From Fistulifera solaris (Eukaryota): a stretch of DNA of 64,000 nt. The notes below the pieces were generated by a model. It ran no database searches and was not told the DNA's origin. It saw nothing but the letters and a program-made list of their open reading frames with translations. The stretch is from positions 868,001 to 932,000 of the forward strand of contig AP026136.1 of assembly GCA_030295235.1 (NCBI GenBank), given 5' to 3'. Positions within the stretch are counted from its first letter, which is position 1. Every line of letters begins with the position of its first letter. Made by a program: the position numbers and the translations under genes. Shown here piece by piece: positions 1 through 11,403 of the stretch.

Positions 1-262
1 CAGCAAAAGCGTTTCGGAGTTGTTGTCATTAAAGGTAGAAGGCCAGGTCGTAGTGGCGAAATGGCGCATGAACGGCAGGTTACGACTACCCTGGAAGCCG
101 TGGATGCCCGAAGTTACGGGGACGACGACTTATTATACGGATATGAACGGTCTGATCTGTCTACACGAAGAGGAGTGGGATATATCTGTATTCAGAGCTT
201 TTCTTCAAACGTTGTGGCCACAGGCCGGAGAACTGATATGGGGCAAGAAAACAGGCACTTAA
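1..262 (+). CDS. 3' end of DUF2358 / SnoaL(NTF2)-like protein, truncated by window edge
   Basis: Pattern KWRMNGRLRLPWKP...GTTTY...GLICLHEEEWDISVFRAF resembles the DUF2358 C-terminus; frame open from window start. Confidence 0.65.
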   Translation, partial: SKSVSELLSLKVEGQVVVAKWRMNGRLRLPWKPWMPEVTGTTTYYTDMNGLICLHEEEWDISVFRAFLQTLWPQAGELIWGKKTGT

Positions 263-847
263 CCGCCGCGTGGCTTGACTTTCCATCTTCTTATTGCACA
301 GTACCAGAATCACGTTGACCTATTATAACTATTGCACTCGAGAAAGGGTGAACGCAAAAAATAATGTAATCATTTTTTAGAGCACGTCTACTTTGTTTGC
401 TACGAGGAAGATCTGCGACTCGAAAACTGGGATTTCGTAGTGCCAATCAGAATATGAAGCAGTTGTCTATAGACAGGCTCTCTAGCTATTGATGGGATAC
501 GAATGTGAAACCTAAACCGCTAAACAGGTAAACAGGATCGGATCTTCAACGTTCGATCGTCACTCGTCCGTCGCAAACGGGGTGATAATGACGCCAAATT
601 CGTGACAAGGATTCCCATTTGAAATTTGGTCGTTTTGCGTTTGTCCTTTGTCGGTGTCCGTCGGTGAGACATGCACCGCACAATCGCCCCGACGACTTTC
701 AAAAAAAAGTTCAACGATTTTGTGTTGCTTCTATTCGTGGAATGATTGCCCACCATTTTATCAAAATATCTCCCCCATATGCCAGCAGAGCATGATATAG
801 GTGCAAAAAGATTATTTATAGGCCTAGAAACATTTCTGGTGAATTAC

Positions 848-2920
848 ATGACGACTGAAAATATTGTCGGCTTCGTCGAACTGCCCAGTGCCACTGACAA
901 GCTGCACTGCTGGAAAGTTCGAAATGGTTCATCGGTGCGAGTAGGGGAAACAATAGGTCTTATCAGTAAAAATGCAAATGAGTCCGGTGCGGGTGCGAAC
1001 ACGAGCAACTTGGAAGTCAGCGTAGTCAAGTCGCACAAACGTCCTAAGCGACGGATGCGACCCGGAGACACGGTCGTCGCGACTTTCGAGGTGACGACGA
1101 CAGCAGACAGCATAACAACAAACAGTGCCGTAGAGAGCGCATCGGCCAGTGAGCCCAAGCAAGATTTGTGCCCGCTCATTTGCAGTACCGACGGAATTTT
1201 ACGAATAGGAAGGCCCCCTAGCACGACTGAAGGACAGAATTCTGCTACCATCATAGGATACATTGTCAAATGTTTGCATCCGACGGTGATCGAGGGATTG
1301 TGTGCCGTTTGCGGGAATTCTATGGAGCTGCTGACATCAAACAAACAAGCTTACTCACCGGAGAAAGTCGACGACTCTGTCAACATGTCGCGTGTGACTG
1401 TTGCGGGGGTGACGGTCACCATTAGCGAATCCGAAGGACAGCGGATGGCAGAGGAAGATGCCGAACGACTACGGAGTCAAAGGAAGCTTTCGCTGGTATT
1501 GGATCTCGATCATACACTGGTGCATGCGACGAACGATGTTCGCGCTCAACAGTACTTGCACCGCGAAGACGTTCGAAATTTGGTGCTGCCCATGATAACA
1601 GTTTCGGAAAGTGGACACGAGCAGGCAATGCTGAAAAATAATTTTTGGATGCAGCAGCACTTTGTTAAACTGAGGCCTCATGTGAAAGAATTCTTGGAGA
1701 TGGCCCTGGCTTTGTACGAAGTTGGAGTTTACACTGCTGGAACGAGGGAATATGCCGAACAAATAACAATTATGTTGGCTCGGCATTTAGTGGGAGCGAC
1801 GAGAGACCAACCCGATCTCGAACATTTGCGCTACCAGGTACAATCTGCCGAAAGTGAATTTGCACGACACGAAGCAAAGAGTGGCGGAAACACTGATCAA
1901 GCACATGATGCCGACCACGCTGATGAGCAAGGAAACCAAGCAGCTGAAACTACAGATGGTAAGAGCAGAAAGCGAAAGCGAGTGACATTTACAGCTTCAA
2001 AGATGGATGAAAAGACGGATGGTGTAACGGCTGGAAAGATGGCTGAAATGAAACAAGAGCTAGAAGGGGTGGAGCGATTGGAAGCCGAGGCACAAGAAAT
2101 GAGGCAAAAGCTTTTCGGCAGCCGCGTAGTATCGAGAACAGATGTCGGAGATCTAGGTAGAGACGTAAAAAGTTTGAAGCGTGTTTTCCCCTGCGGAGGA
2201 ACGATGGCGGTAGTCGTTGATGATCGCGAAGATGTCTGGGCAAATGCTGGCGAGGTGGCAGCATCAACTCGCAAAGGTGAACCTCCTGAGAATTTGCTTT
2301 TGGTGCGACCTTACCACTGGCATAGATTTGTTGGATATGCCGACGTAAATAATGCAGCTGGTTTCGATTTGACTAGATCCCAAAATGAAGGCGATGACGA
2401 GTCTGATGAACAACTTCTCTGGACGTCTGACATTCTGAAACGACTGCACACTCGTTTCTATGCCAAAAATACTGAAGACAAAGACAAAACAGTCGCTGAT
2501 GTTCTACGAAGCATGCGTCAAGAAGTGTTGCTAGGTGGTTCTCTTGTTTTATCTGGCTTAATACCTCTACATAAACAAAAAGGCGAATCCAATGGACCAC
2601 GTCCTGCAGTCATCCGATACGCCGAAAGTCTTGGTGCAAAAGTGCTTCCGAACGTCACCAGCCATACCACTCACGTCGTGGCAGCCAAAGATGGTACCGA
2701 CAAAATTCTCGCTGCGCGGCAAATCCCCGGATGTTTTGTCGTGAAAGCGTCATGGCTCATGGAATGCATATGGACTTTGAAAAGAAGCGATGAAGGAAAG
2801 CACTTGTTGGGTCCTCCACCGCAAAAGAAGCTTGCGGATTTGCCCGCTAATGATAGCGACGACGACGACGACGATGATTTGGTAGCAGAACTGGAGAACG
2901 AGTTGTTAAACGAGGATTGA
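848..2920 (+). CDS. FCP1: RNA polymerase II CTD phosphatase FCP1/CTDP1
   Basis: N-terminal lipoyl-like WKV...GETIG and C-x-H...C-xx-C segment, catalytic LVLDLDHTL (DxDxT), VKLRP, VDDREDVW, C-terminal BRCT (THVVA...SWLMEC), acidic tail; first ATG at 848. Confidence 0.95.
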   Translation: MTTENIVGFVELPSATDKLHCWKVRNGSSVRVGETIGLISKNANESGAGANTSNLEVSVVKSHKRPKRRMRPGDTVVATFEVTTTADSITTNSAVESASASEPKQDLCPLICSTDGILRIGRPPSTTEGQNSATIIGYIVKCLHPTVIEGLCAVCGNSMELLTSNKQAYSPEKVDDSVNMSRVTVAGVTVTISESEGQRMAEEDAERLRSQRKLSLVLDLDHTLVHATNDVRAQQYLHREDVRNLVLPMITVSESGHEQAMLKNNFWMQQHFVKLRPHVKEFLEMALALYEVGVYTAGTREYAEQITIMLARHLVGATRDQPDLEHLRYQVQSAESEFARHEAKSGGNTDQAHDADHADEQGNQAAETTDGKSRKRKRVTFTASKMDEKTDGVTAGKMAEMKQELEGVERLEAEAQEMRQKLFGSRVVSRTDVGDLGRDVKSLKRVFPCGGTMAVVVDDREDVWANAGEVAASTRKGEPPENLLLVRPYHWHRFVGYADVNNAAGFDLTRSQNEGDDESDEQLLWTSDILKRLHTRFYAKNTEDKDKTVADVLRSMRQEVLLGGSLVLSGLIPLHKQKGESNGPRPAVIRYAESLGAKVLPNVTSHTTHVVAAKDGTDKILAARQIPGCFVVKASWLMECIWTLKRSDEGKHLLGPPPQKKLADLPANDSDDDDDDDLVAELENELLNED

Positions 2921-2925
2921 CGAGC

Positions 2926-3834
2926 TCAGAGCTCGGAATGGTGGCTTTTCCCGGTGTGGTCGTGCTCTTCGATGTAGGAAACCATGTATAGAAACGCGAT
3001 TCCTGTCACGAAACTTGCTAGTTGCATTGCCCGGAATGAACCAGGGTGCTCTTCTTCCAACACTTCCGGGAGCAGAGTCGTTGCAGCTAGGTAGAGAAAT
3101 CCGCCAGCCGTTACGAGCAGCAAGATATCAACATCCCACTCTTCCGATAGATACAAAGCCGAAGCCGTTCCGAGAAAAGCCGCCACGGCCGTAACAAACT
3201 GTGCCGCAATAGCTTGGTTTCGACTATAACCCGCTCGCACCAGCGTACAAAAATCTCCCAATTCGTGCGGAACTTCATGAAACAATACCGACACGGAGGC
3301 GAGCCCTCCTCGGCTCCGTAATAACTCCCCAATGGATAACGTAGACGCTGCTTTGCCGTAGACTGCATAACTCGCTCCGATCGCGAGACCGTCGGTAAAA
3401 TTATGAAGGGCATCGGCAGCCAAGTTCAACAGAACCGTAGATTGATGTAGTTCTCTGTGACCATGCTTTTGATTATCACTGTGATCGTGATGATGTTTTC
3501 CTGGATCCAATGCGCGAATGAGCATATCCGCCGCCAAAAATACAGTAAAACCGCACAACACCCACAGACCGGCCTCGCCGTGCGATGATGATGATTCTTC
3601 ATGCCGATGTTGATGCTCGTGATGCTGATGATGATCATGATCATGACCTAATGTGTGAAGAAAAACATCTCCCAGCAAACCTCCCGCACTCATAGCTTGT
3701 CCCAGGGAGAGATATTTGGACTGACCGCCTTCGCCGGCCCCGTAACTCGGAAACAACAGCAATATTACATTCGGAACGAGACTAATGAATCCTGTGGAAA
3801 GCAGCGCAGCTGCTGCGATGCTGGAATTTATCAT
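2926..3834 (-). CDS. ZIP (SLC39) zinc transporter, ZIP7/KE4-like
   Basis: GGLLGDVFLH, His-rich loops, LNLAADALHNFTDGLAIG, HEVPHELGDF signature, TAGGFLYLA. Confidence 0.93.
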   Translation of the reverse strand: MINSSIAAAALLSTGFISLVPNVILLLFPSYGAGEGGQSKYLSLGQAMSAGGLLGDVFLHTLGHDHDHHQHHEHQHRHEESSSSHGEAGLWVLCGFTVFLAADMLIRALDPGKHHHDHSDNQKHGHRELHQSTVLLNLAADALHNFTDGLAIGASYAVYGKAASTLSIGELLRSRGGLASVSVLFHEVPHELGDFCTLVRAGYSRNQAIAAQFVTAVAAFLGTASALYLSEEWDVDILLLVTAGGFLYLAATTLLPEVLEEEHPGSFRAMQLASFVTGIAFLYMVSYIEEHDHTGKSHHSEL

Positions 3835-4304
3835 TTATATAAAGTCTTTTATAGATGCAAATAATAAGATTTTGATTTGATGCCTATGGTCTTCGAGAAA
3901 ATAGTCTTTTTGCAGTCGAGGCTGGTGTTTTTTCGAGCAGCATCGCAATAAAAAAAAAGTGTTGAGTGTTCCTCAACGGTCTTTTCTTGGGTGCAGAGCG
4001 CAGACAATGGATCCTTGGATCCTTAAAACCGGTACGATCTTTGTAGGCCCGTTAAGCACCTAAACCTTACAGTACTATTTTTTTCAAATCACTTATCACA
4101 TGCACTATGCACTGTGAAAGGTGCGAGAAATTGTGTACTTCCACGTAGGCCCCCGTAAAGAAATGTACCAAGCAGAGGTACGTTCCCGTGTCTCCCTGTT
4201 CGTTTCACGAGTGTGGTCCGAGTACCGTAGGGAGAAACCCACGGTTTTCTTTCATAATTATTTTATTTTCAAACAATTCCGCCTCGTGGCTCGTGGCCAT
4301 CGCG

Positions 4305-6532
4305 ATGATTACAAAATCATCGACGATGAGTTACTTCTTACATCTAATATTGGCCTGGATATTCTTATCAATTGTACAAGCGGGCGAGCCATGCTCGGAA
4401 AAGGGATGTTTCACGCGCGAGACCATCCAGGTTTTCAAAACATTCATCGGGAATCGCCTTTTTAACGGTCGCCGCTTGTTTACTCGGATGGAAGCTTGTT
4501 TCGAAAAGCACGTGGCCGATGGTATTGACATGATGACTGTATCCGATACGTATTGGAGTAAGCTTGTTGCTTACGGAGTGCAAAAAGGGATTGAAGGCGA
4601 TTCGTGGCCCGGATTCATCGGCTTTATTGAAGACAAGCCAACGCCACTGATCGCCAAACGAAATCTCAAAAAGTTTCCCAGCTACCCTCCAGAATCGGCG
4701 AATATCACAGTTCTCGAGCCTTGTAATACTGTTTCTAACTGGGCATTTCATCAGGCTATGCTCGAATTGTGCGAAAGCACTTTGTGGTCTTCCGAAAACG
4801 AAAAAGTATGGTTTACCGGATTGATTCGAGCGTTCCATTTCATGGGGCCAGGAAGTATCTTCATGCATGCCTCCGGAACGCAAATCGGCGGAGTAGCGGA
4901 CAACGAAAGTATACGACAACTGGCGTTTTGGTATTTGCAATATGGCCTGCAAGAGTTGCCCTATGATCCCGTCATTCACGATCTTCGTGAGGACCCCGCT
5001 CCGCAAACAGCTCTAGAAGTGATTCAGAATTTGAACGAAATGTTTTTGAGTGAGCCGGTGACTACTTGGCAGCAGACAATTTTAGATTATGGTACACCTG
5101 CGTAAGTACAAACAATTATTCTTTCTATGATCTAGCGACATTCAAGTTACTAATGACTTTGGCCGTTACGGAAAGGTATGAGAGCACATTCTCGGCCACG
5201 GCTATTGCCATCCTTCACACAATTTTTTATCGTTCTCAAACAGTTGAAAAGCTGACGGACATTTTGGTTGGGTTACTCGTCGCTGGAGAAGACCTTGCTT
5301 TTATTAAAGAGCGCTTCAGTCCGACTGTACGCGAAGCCATTTTGCACCAAAATACCAATATAAGTCCTCTCGATCGACTTCAGCTCCTTTTACAGTTTAC
5401 AGGATTGATGACAAAAATGGTAAGTGCGAGACCAGCCACTTCGACGTTCGAGAATTTTCGTGACTAAAAGCATTTCTGCTTAATAAACCAGATTTGGGCA
5501 TTTTACTGGCAGGAAGACACCATTGTTGGTGGCCACTTGACTCGACGCTGGGACAATATCCTGGGTTCGGCGGTCACACCCTTGGTCAATGCTCTATCAA
5601 ATGCCATGACTGGATTCGATCGAAGCAAAGGTCTTGCTCTGCAACTATCTCAGAATGCATACCCAGGCGATATTCGTTGCAACCGACGCCAACCACACAG
5701 CAAGTGGCACGAAATTGCTGCGAATGGACTGGTAGATATTGCGTTTGCAGCAAACAACATGAACCGCATTCTTACAGGGCGTACTCTCAATCGTTTGCTG
5801 CCAACATCGGTGAATGCTGTCGTGCAGTGCTTCGAACGTGGCTGGTCGGCTCAAAGCAACAATCCGACCGACGACGCTCTATTCTCTTCCTCTTCTCAAG
5901 ACGCTCTCCTTGGAGGAATTCTTGAAGAGTGCGCCGCTCCAAATATGTTTGATTTGGGCCAATTCCTCTCATGTCTGACCGGCAAAGTCGTCCAGCTCAG
6001 CAAAACCACTAAGGAATCGACTCCTCAATTAGAGCAGTGCCTCGTCGATCACAGCTGCATCATGCTCGACGGTACAGATCTTAATACAACTCGATTTCAT
6101 GACTGTTTGTTTGGTGAAGACAACGCTCCTTGCAAATCGTTTGTGTCACCGTCAGCGACAGCGAACCAAGAACAATGTTTGACGAGATGCAGCACTGACT
6201 ATCTTTGCGCGATGACTTGTCTTCAGGTTGACTTCTCACCGTGGTTGAGTCAGACAATAAGTTGTGCTAACGTTCTCTCCATGTCCAATCCAGCCGGCGC
6301 AGCGGTTGCTGATTGCCAAAAACAATATCGAGGTGACACGAATACAGCAGCTGCTTTGTTGACAATGCTGAAACGATTTGCTTCCGTCTCTCAGAATTCA
6401 TGTTGGAAGGAACACGAAATCGTACTGAGAAAGTTCGCAACAGCCAAGGCGTGTTTTGGCGGATGCCGCAAAGCCGATGACGAAATACCGGTAGATTTTC
6501 CTTGCGTCATTCAATGCATAGCGCTCTCTTAA
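4305..6532 (+). CDS. Secreted protein with ceramidase/CREST-like motifs and Cys-rich C-terminus (3 exons: 4305-5101, 5176-5419, 5492-6532)
   Basis: Phase-consistent GT-AG introns join three ORF-track pieces (~693 aa); signal peptide; motifs EPCNTVSN, GSIFMH-x10-D, HSKWH. Confidence 0.7.
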
Positions 6533-6674
6533 GTGTAACTGTGCCTGTTTGGTCCTGACTTCGATTCTGTATAAAGTCAAGGCTGTTATGTGATTCCCAT
6601 CCCGACCGTATTATCAGCGACAAATAGCAAGAAGCAGGAGTGCCGGGGCTACTTTCATTGCATTGACGCAAATG

Positions 6675-7301
6675 CTAATGGTCGTCCGATTGAAACTGAA
6701 CCCCCATCTCCTTCATAATATCTTCTAAATGTCTTTCAATCCGTTTTGCTTCTAGTATATCCCCCTTGGTGACTGCTGCATTCAAATCGAGCCGAAGCCG
6801 TTCCAAAGTATCTTCTGGTTTTGTTTGCCCAGCCACTTCTACGAAATCCAATGTAGGTAGCTTCAGCCACGGGAGAGGATCCGTTTGAACAGCTCGATCC
6901 GAGTCCTGCATAGAGAAACCGGAGCGATTGTATCCAGACCCATCTTTTAGAAAAGCACCCAGCCCCGACTTCTTTTCTTTCCCATTCAATAGCTGGCTAA
7001 TCCATCCGTTCGCGGCAAAAGCAAGAAACAAGGCCACTATCAACACCAACGGGACGAACCCATCCGGTACAAGTAAAGGATCCTCTACAGACGAACTTGG
7101 TAATGCAGGAGCAATTCTCTGATTGGGCGCTAACCTAGCGGCCGTTCTCCGCGGCGGAGAATGGGTAAACTGGAAATCGGGCCTTGTTGAATATGTCCCT
7201 TGGTGAAAGCTAATCCAGGCAGCGGTGGTCTCGGCATTCAGAGTCACCCCAACGATCAACAACCACAACGAAACACCAGTGAATCGCAGCAGCTTCGTCA
7301 T
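6675..7301 (-). CDS. Uncharacterised, probably plastid-targeted single-pass membrane protein
   Basis: Signal peptide then AAW.. motif and Arg/Ser/Pro-rich transit-like stretch, one hydrophobic helix, helical C-terminus. Confidence 0.6.
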   Translation of the reverse strand: MTKLLRFTGVSLWLLIVGVTLNAETTAAWISFHQGTYSTRPDFQFTHSPPRRTAARLAPNQRIAPALPSSSVEDPLLVPDGFVPLVLIVALFLAFAANGWISQLLNGKEKKSGLGAFLKDGSGYNRSGFSMQDSDRAVQTDPLPWLKLPTLDFVEVAGQTKPEDTLERLRLDLNAAVTKGDILEAKRIERHLEDIMKEMGVQFQSDDH

Positions 7302-7619
7302 TATTATTATATGCTTAAAGCGTACGGAATAGTTGATTATTGAAGAGTAAAACTAATACTCCGTAATACAGTAATAATAATATTGCCGCTTGATTGCAGC
7401 ATGGCAACCTTTGGACCACCATTGTCACACCGTCACACGAATAGGACCGTATGACCGTATGGCTCGAAAAGAATAGACCGTATTTGGTATCGTTACATAC
7501 GATTTCGATTGCAACATATTATCTATTATAGAGTTGTAACTGTGCTTGACAAACGCTAAATATGTCAAATTGATGTAGTCGTAACTATCTTCAAACTGAT
7601 TAAGCGACGAGGAGTCACC

Positions 7620-10509
7620 TTACACTTCAAAGTTCAAACAATTCTTGAGTAGCCTCACAAGACCATCTTTTCCAGAGGCAGATTCACGAAGCCCGAGTCC
7701 TTGTTTCAACTCAATGAGCTCTTCCTCCGTCAGATTCTCCAACTGTAACCGCCCCGCCGCTAACTCTTCACTCTTGTGCGTAAACAGAGTCATCCTGACA
7801 ACCAGCTCACTCTTGGATCCAGTCTGTGATATTCCTGCAGCAGAGCATCTCTGTTGCAATCGCGAAACATCCATGCCTTCGAAAGCAGCAACAATTTCAG
7901 CCCCAGATCGCTTCGGAGTATCTTCATCGGAGTATCGAAGATAGGCCAAGGCATTTTGCAAAATAGCCATTCCATGCGCTGGACTTGTCAAAATTGATTC
8001 TGGGTGAAATTGGACGGCCGCAAACGGAAGGGTTTTGTGCTTGATACCCATTACAATACCATCATCGCTGAGAGCAGTCACTTCCAGACATGAAGGAAGA
8101 CGTTCCCTAATACCATGAAGAGAGTGATACCGAGCCACTTCGAACGTATCGGGAAGCCCCGTAAATATGCTTCGAGCCTCTTTTCCGGGGTAAGTTAAAC
8201 TGACAGGTGAAGGTTTTCCATGCATCGGGTAGCCCAAGACACCCAGTGAGCCACCAAAATGCTCCACCATACCTTGAAGACCAAGACAGACACCAAATGC
8301 CGGTATCCTGTGCTTTACTAAAAATTCAATCGTATTCGACAACCCAAAGTCAGACGGATTACCAGGTCCAGGTGACAAGACGACCATGTCGGGCTTCTGT
8401 CCCTTAGCAATCAATGACTCCATGGTGGAAAGGGCAGATGCACCGCTGCGAAGTGTTCTTACTGTAGCTCCTGTTTGTCGCAAGTAGTTGCCCAACGTGT
8501 GCACGAATGAGTCCTCATGATCGACTAAAATAACCGACTTGCCTTGGCCGGGTCGTTGTCGATCCAACTTGGCGACCTTGGCTTGGGCAGCAGCCTCTGC
8601 ACTATCTTCGGGGCCGTCTTGAACGATCGCATCAATCATAGCCGACGCTTTCAATTCGGTCTCGAGTTCTTCGGCCACTGGGTTCGAGTCGTACAACAAC
8701 GTGGCACCCGCACGAACTTCTGCCACGCCGTTCTTCACACGCACCGTTCGTAGCGTAAGACCTGTATTCAATCCTCCGTCGAAACCAACCATGCCCACTG
8801 CACCGCCGTACCAGTGGCGGGGTGATCGTTCATTGTCTTCGACAAATTGAATGGCCCAGGTTTTGGGCGCACCCGTCACCGTCACGGCCCACGTATGACA
8901 CAAAAATGCATCCAGTGCATCAAATTCTGGACGAAGATATCCTTCCACATGATCCACAGTGTGAATCAAACGCGAATACATTTCAATTTGTCGACGTCCA
9001 ATCACTTGTACTGAACCAGGTTCGCAAATACGAGACTTGTCGTTTCGATCCACATCGGTACACATGGTAAGCTCGCTTTCTTCCTTAGCATTCATCATGA
9101 GTGATTTGACACGTTGTGCATCTTCCAAGGCATCCGCGCCACGTGCTACGGTACCAGAAATGGGACATGTTTCGACGCGAATAGCTCCCGGTCGATAGTC
9201 ATTGTCTTCAGTAGCTTCACAACGGACAAACATTTCCGGACTGGCGCCAACCAAATACTCTTGTTCCCCCAAATTTATCAAAAAAACCGTAAGGGGCTGG
9301 ATTGCGGGCACGAAGTCGCCGAAACAATTTGGAGGGAGGAGTCTCGGCACCGAGCTTTTCGCGAAAGGTCTGCGACAGGACGGCTTCAAACAAGTTTCCC
9401 ACGGCAAACTCCCGCTTCGCTTTCTCCACACTTGCCGCAAATTCACTGACCGGTGTATCTCGGGGTGTAAAATTCGGCGTTTTTGTTTCGTCAAACGGTG
9501 CAAAGGGGATCGCTTCAGTTGTGCGTGGCAATCCCCGCGTCGATTTCCCATTCACGCTGAAATCGTACGACACCGTCCACGAATCCCGTTTATCTTGATC
9601 GACAACAACAATTTTATCGGGTAAATACAACACCAAATCTCGTTGATCGTCGTCGCGCTGTTGCTTCAAGTCGATGGGCTCAAATTGGAAGGTCAGATCA
9701 TAGCCAAAGGCCCCGTAAAATCCCAATTGTCGACAATCTCCTTTATACGCAAAGAGATCGACCAAAGCACGAACAATCGAAAACAAAGAGGGTTGTCGAC
9801 TACGATCTTCTTCACTAAATGATCCCACTTCAGGAGGAGGGACTACTTTCGCTTGAATGGTCTTGGCGATGGCCTTTCCGGACCCATTTAAGGGTGCTTC
9901 TTCCACAACTTCAATAGCACTCAGTAACCCATCGCGTTTCATTTGCTGCAATGCTTCTTGCACGGCGGGCATGAGCACATCACCACGTTCATTCAACGAA
10001 CGAATGTGACAATCGGCGCCTCGTCCAGATATTTCCAACGGCGGATCGACGAATCCCAACGACCAACGTGCGTATCTACCGGGGAATTCGTAGCTACTCA
10101 TGAGTAAAACGCCCTTCTTTTCGTCAAGTTGATCCATGAGTTCTTCCATGACGGTCATACTATTGATTTCATCGTTCACGTTGGTGGTGGTGGTGGTGGT
10201 GGTGGTGGTGGTCGTCGTCGTCGTCGTCGCGTACGGCAAAGGCTCGACGGTGGCGGTGATTTGCACACCGCCTTGGCTCGTATACTCTCCTCCCATGGGA
10301 CGCACCGGAGGTGCCCCCAACGACAAATTGCGTCGTGCGGCATCTTGACTGGCAGTAGCAACACCACGACCTCCCTGTTTTGGAACAATCACGGCTTCGG
10401 TAGACGATTGTGCGACGGACGTCTGTAACACTCGTGGTGTGTGATGAGGAATGACAAAGGCGTCCGCGTGAAATGTAAGGAGTGATACGATGGCCCAAAA
10501 TCGGATCAT
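7620..10509 (-). CDS. trpE: Plastid-targeted fused anthranilate synthase TrpE(G) with C-terminal SAP-like repeats; 1-nt frameshift at A7 run 9280-9286
   Basis: ADAF targeting motif; [44 protein letters not shown] (synthase); LSPGPG, GVCLG, RYHS, QFHPES (class I glutamine amidotransferase). Confidence 0.93.
10183..10227. repeat. Compound (GGT)10(CGT)5 microsatellite encoding poly-Thr in TrpE(G)
   Basis: Directly visible; in frame on the minus strand. Confidence 0.95.
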
Positions 10510-11403
10510 CTTGTAAACGATAAACGATCAAAATGAGCAGATAGATGAATCAATTAAGATAAAGTCTTATTGCTTATTGTTGCGTCAATCAATGATCAAT
10601 CGGAAGGTATATATATATAACCAAGAAGCATGTGCGTTTTTTTTATGGGAGACGACGATGATGTCTTTCCGACCGACCGACCGCAAAACCAAAACGACGC
10701 TTTCAACTGCCGCCACTCCGAACGGAATAGGGATTTACCCAAAGGGCAGTCCCGTCATAAGTGCAGCATTCGCATTCGGGTTTCCCTCTGTCGATACAAT
10801 TCCGTACGGGGCCAACGTGGAACTGGCGTAAAAAATTCAACGCGTTGCATCTTTTCCTCTTTTTTGTACTGTACGTTTGATTACAAATTGATGATGATAT
10901 GCATTTGGGATAAGGTTTCCTTCGTTAAATAAAATAAAATAAAAATTGAGAGTTTAGCGTACTAGTACTTCTGTCCTAGGTTTCCTTCGTTAAGATGAAA
11001 CTGTAATTTTGGATCGACAAAATGCTGCCTCCAATACGTTCGTTTAGCAGATTGTTGTGAAATAATTTGTCGTTATTGCAGTGAAATAGGCTTTGGCAGC
11101 GTTTGTACTACACGCCTTAATTTTTGTAAGTCGAAAAGCCTTGCGAAACGTTGTCTGCGTATTGACTCTATTGACAGTAGTGTTGTCTGTTTTTCGCCAC
11201 GACTGCAATTCAGTCATGAATAGATATTTTTGGGAGCGACAGTGCTGCCAACCGCCTACCGGTACAATACATTCGCTAACTCTAACCCTTTTATTATTCT
11301 CACTATTTTTTAACCTTTTTCATTATGTTTTCATTTTGTTACTTGGTACTTCCTTCAAAAGTCAATTTCATTCGATAACTTACTATTAGATCGATAAATA
11401 ATT

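Noticed and set aside
10129..10531. Poly-G/R, poly-V, poly-D/H and poly-R/P ORFs
   Set aside because: Other frames of the poly-Thr microsatellite in TrpE(G)
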